A DNA stretch of 64,000 bases from Gemmatimonadaceae bacterium. GTDB lineage: Bacteria > Gemmatimonadota > Gemmatimonadetes > Gemmatimonadales > Gemmatimonadaceae. Positions 61,871-64,000 of the stretch are shown here, piece after piece; position 1 is the stretch's first letter; each line of letters opens with the position of its first letter. Where the stretch lies: NCBI GenBank assembly GCA_051859245.1, contig JBHYGA010000001.1, positions 864,001 to 928,000 of the forward strand. The letters run 5' to 3'. The position numbers and the translations under genes were made by a program. The notes beneath the pieces are model-generated. The model had not been told where the DNA came from, did not search any database, and saw only the letters and a program-made list of their open reading frames with translations.

Positions 61871-62980
61871 ATGTCTTCGATTTCCCGATTCCGCGATCCG
61901 ATGTCGGCTCCTCCGGTTGATACGCGTCCCCGCTGTCTCATCGTCGACGATGAGGCGCCGCTTCGTGCCGTGCTGCGTCGTATTCTCGAGCAGCAGGGAT
62001 TCCATTGTCGTGATGCGGCGTCGGGTGTCGACGCGGTCACCGCGCTGGAACAGGAACCGGCGTGTCTGGTGCTCTCCGACTACCACATGCCCGAGATGGA
62101 CGGCGTGGAGTTGCTGCGCACTATTCGCGATCGCTGGCCCGACACCGCGGTGGTGATGGTGACGGCCGTGTCCGATGTTGAACTCGCCGTGCAGTGTCTC
62201 GCCAACGGCGCGATGGATTACGTGACCAAGCCGTTTCGCGTGGAAGAAATTCGCGGACGTGTTGGCCAGGCGCTTGAAAAGCGCGAACTGTTGCTTGAGA
62301 ACAAAACGTATCGCGAAAATCTTGAAGCCCGTGTGCAAGCGCAGGCGCGTGCGTACGAAGAGCTCTTTCTCGCATCGCTGCAGTCGCTCGCCGACGCACT
62401 CGAAGTGAAAGATCCGTACACCTGGGGACACTCGGTGCGTGTTGGGCGTTATGCGATGGCTATTGCGATCGAACTGGGGCTCGACGAACAGCAGCTTGTG
62501 CAGATCGAACTCGGCAGTCGTTTGCACGACATCGGCAAGATTGGGGTGCGCGAAACGGTGCTGAACAAAGACGGTCCACTCACCGACGAAGAGTACCATC
62601 ATGTGATGGAGCATCCGGTGATCGGCTGGCGCATTTTGTCGCCGCTCTTGCGCGACGCACCGCACGCGTTGTCGGTGGTACGCTCGCACCACGAACGTTT
62701 TGACGGACGTGGTGCGCCGGATCGTTTGGTCGGCGATGCGATTCCCGTAGAGGCACGCGTAGCGGCTGTGGCAGACTCGTTCGACGCGATGACAAGCGGA
62801 CGCCCGTATCGTGCCGGCATGGCGGTGGAAGACGCGATGGCGGAGTTGGAGCGCTGCGCCGGTTCACAGTTTGATCCGGAGTGTGTGCAGGCGTTCAAGC
62901 GGGCGTTGGCGGCGCGCGCGTTTCCGCTGCCGGACTCGTTTGTGCGACGGCCCACGTCGCGCTCGATGGTGGCGGCCTAA
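61871..62980 (+). CDS. Response regulator with HD-GYP phosphohydrolase domain
   Basis: Receiver (IVDDE, SDYHMP, KPF), KDPYTWGHS, LHDIGKIG, HHERFDGRGAP, ADSFDAMTSGRPYR. Confidence 0.92.
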   Translation: MSSISRFRDPMSAPPVDTRPRCLIVDDEAPLRAVLRRILEQQGFHCRDAASGVDAVTALEQEPACLVLSDYHMPEMDGVELLRTIRDRWPDTAVVMVTAVSDVELAVQCLANGAMDYVTKPFRVEEIRGRVGQALEKRELLLENKTYRENLEARVQAQARAYEELFLASLQSLADALEVKDPYTWGHSVRVGRYAMAIAIELGLDEQQLVQIELGSRLHDIGKIGVRETVLNKDGPLTDEEYHHVMEHPVIGWRILSPLLRDAPHALSVVRSHHERFDGRGAPDRLVGDAIPVEARVAAVADSFDAMTSGRPYRAGMAVEDAMAELERCAGSQFDPECVQAFKRALAARAFPLPDSFVRRPTSRSMVAA

Positions 62981-63654
62981 ACGTTTTCTGACGGCGGCTC
63001 GTCGCGGAGCGGCGTGGCAATCAGGTGGCGAATGAGCTCACCGGCCCAGCCGCCCGAGTCGCCGCTCATGACGTCGCGGTGGCTCGCGTGTTGAAGCTCG
63101 CCGTGCTCGTACCAGCGAATAACCGTTTCCTCGCTGCCCTCGGCGCCCGACTCGCCTTCCAGGTCGAGTCCAAAATGTGAACCCAGATCGACGTCGCGAA
63201 TATCCGTGGCCGACAGTCGTACTGTCGCGAACTGCGGCACGCGCTCGAGCAACACGCAAATCGTTTCGATGGGCACCTGCGCCGCGAACGCCGCCTCCGT
63301 GAACACGACGCGAGTTTCGGTCTTGGCCAGCGTCTCCCGTACCCGTTGCAGCGAATCTTGTGGATCGAGCACGTGGAGTGCCTGACCGTCGCTGCTCATT
63401 CGGTGCAGCAAATCGCGCGGATCGAGAACCAGCAACGCATGGCCATCGCTCGCGCCGAGTGCTGTCACGAGCGCCGCACTGGGTAGGAGCAGGGCCGCCG
63501 GCGAGGAATCCGCGAGCGCCCGCACGAGCGGCGGACAGCGCTGCAGCAGCGTGAGTCCGGCGGCGATGAGTGCCCGGGCGGAATGTCCATCAACTGATCC
63601 GCCCACCGCAGCAATTGCGTAGGGCACGTACGACATAGGGTTCGACATGATCAC
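62977..63654 (-). CDS. Hypothetical protein, possibly a degenerate fragment of an AMP-binding enzyme N-terminus
   Basis: 225-aa ORF; internal 19-aa duplication; no intact P-loop. Confidence 0.5.
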   Translation of the reverse strand: MIMSNPMSYVPYAIAAVGGSVDGHSARALIAAGLTLLQRCPPLVRALADSSPAALLLPSAALVTALGASDGHALLVLDPRDLLHRMSSDGQALHVLDPQDSLQRVRETLAKTETRVVFTEAAFAAQVPIETICVLLERVPQFATVRLSATDIRDVDLGSHFGLDLEGESGAEGSEETVIRWYEHGELQHASHRDVMSGDSGGWAGELIRHLIATPLRDEPPSENV

Positions 63655-63844
63655 CCAGACTAGTGGAAAATGTGCGATTTGTCACCGACACGCATTGGGC
63701 CACGGTTGTAACGGCAGGACGGTCTCGGGCGTCCTTGTAACGCAATGGCAGCAGTCGCCCTCCCCGAGTGTGTCCCCGAGCGTCAACTCGTTTATATTTC
63801 ATGGTTTACCGCATTTTACCGCGCTCTGGCGCGCGCGAGGATTC

Positions 63845-64000
63845 ATGGCGTTTGACGGCTTGATGGTAAGTGTCTCCGGAGTCCGGGGGCGTGTTGGTGA
63901 GGCGCTCACGCCGGAGGTCATGGCGACCTACGCGGCGGCCTTTGGCGCCTGGGCGACTCGGCGTCACCCAGGCCGACCGGTGATCGTGGGACGGGATAGT
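63845..64000 (+). CDS. Alpha-D-phosphohexomutase (GlmM/PMM-like), 3'-truncated by the window
   Basis: Manual translation MAFDGLMVSVSGVRGRVGEALTPEV...VIVGRDS after a GAGGA RBS. Confidence 0.85.
   Translation, partial: MAFDGLMVSVSGVRGRVGEALTPEVMATYAAAFGAWATRRHPGRPVIVGRDS

Overview
GC-rich bacterial chromosomal window. Gene content (a SusC/SusD pair in a high-GC background, futalosine-type menaquinone late genes, FadF-type Fe-S oxidoreductase) suggests Gemmatimonadota, which is an inference. Most of the ~57 CDS are housekeeping or metabolic: icd-like, acyl-CoA dehydrogenase, etfBA, moeA, dacB, gpmI, guaB, mrp, menG-ubiD-ubiA-ubiX, mutM, purD, and a partial phosphohexomutase. I saw no rRNA, tRNA, CRISPR array, transposase or integrase. 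Three accessory blocks stand out. (1) 38752-41292 is a four-gene cassette in which two paralogous secreted Cys-rich proteins (conserved 4-Cys scaffold, divergent hydrophobic loop) flank a degenerate thioredoxin-fold protein and a beta-propeller lipoprotein. (2) 51576-57217 is a translationally coupled OleA/OleC/OleD-like cluster that lacks OleB but adds a GT2 glycosyltransferase and an atypical P450, a candidate glycosylated beta-lactone or lipid pathway. (3) 23669-25743 is a divergent subtilase lipoprotein coupled to a small partner lipoprotein. Readable regulatory sites include a perfect 28-bp MhqR-like operator over a sigma70 promoter, tandem ARG boxes before a GNAT gene, an ECF-type promoter between a sigma and anti-sigma gene, and recurrent 11-bp-period direct repeats. 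All functional calls come from motif recognition by eye; no database search was run.
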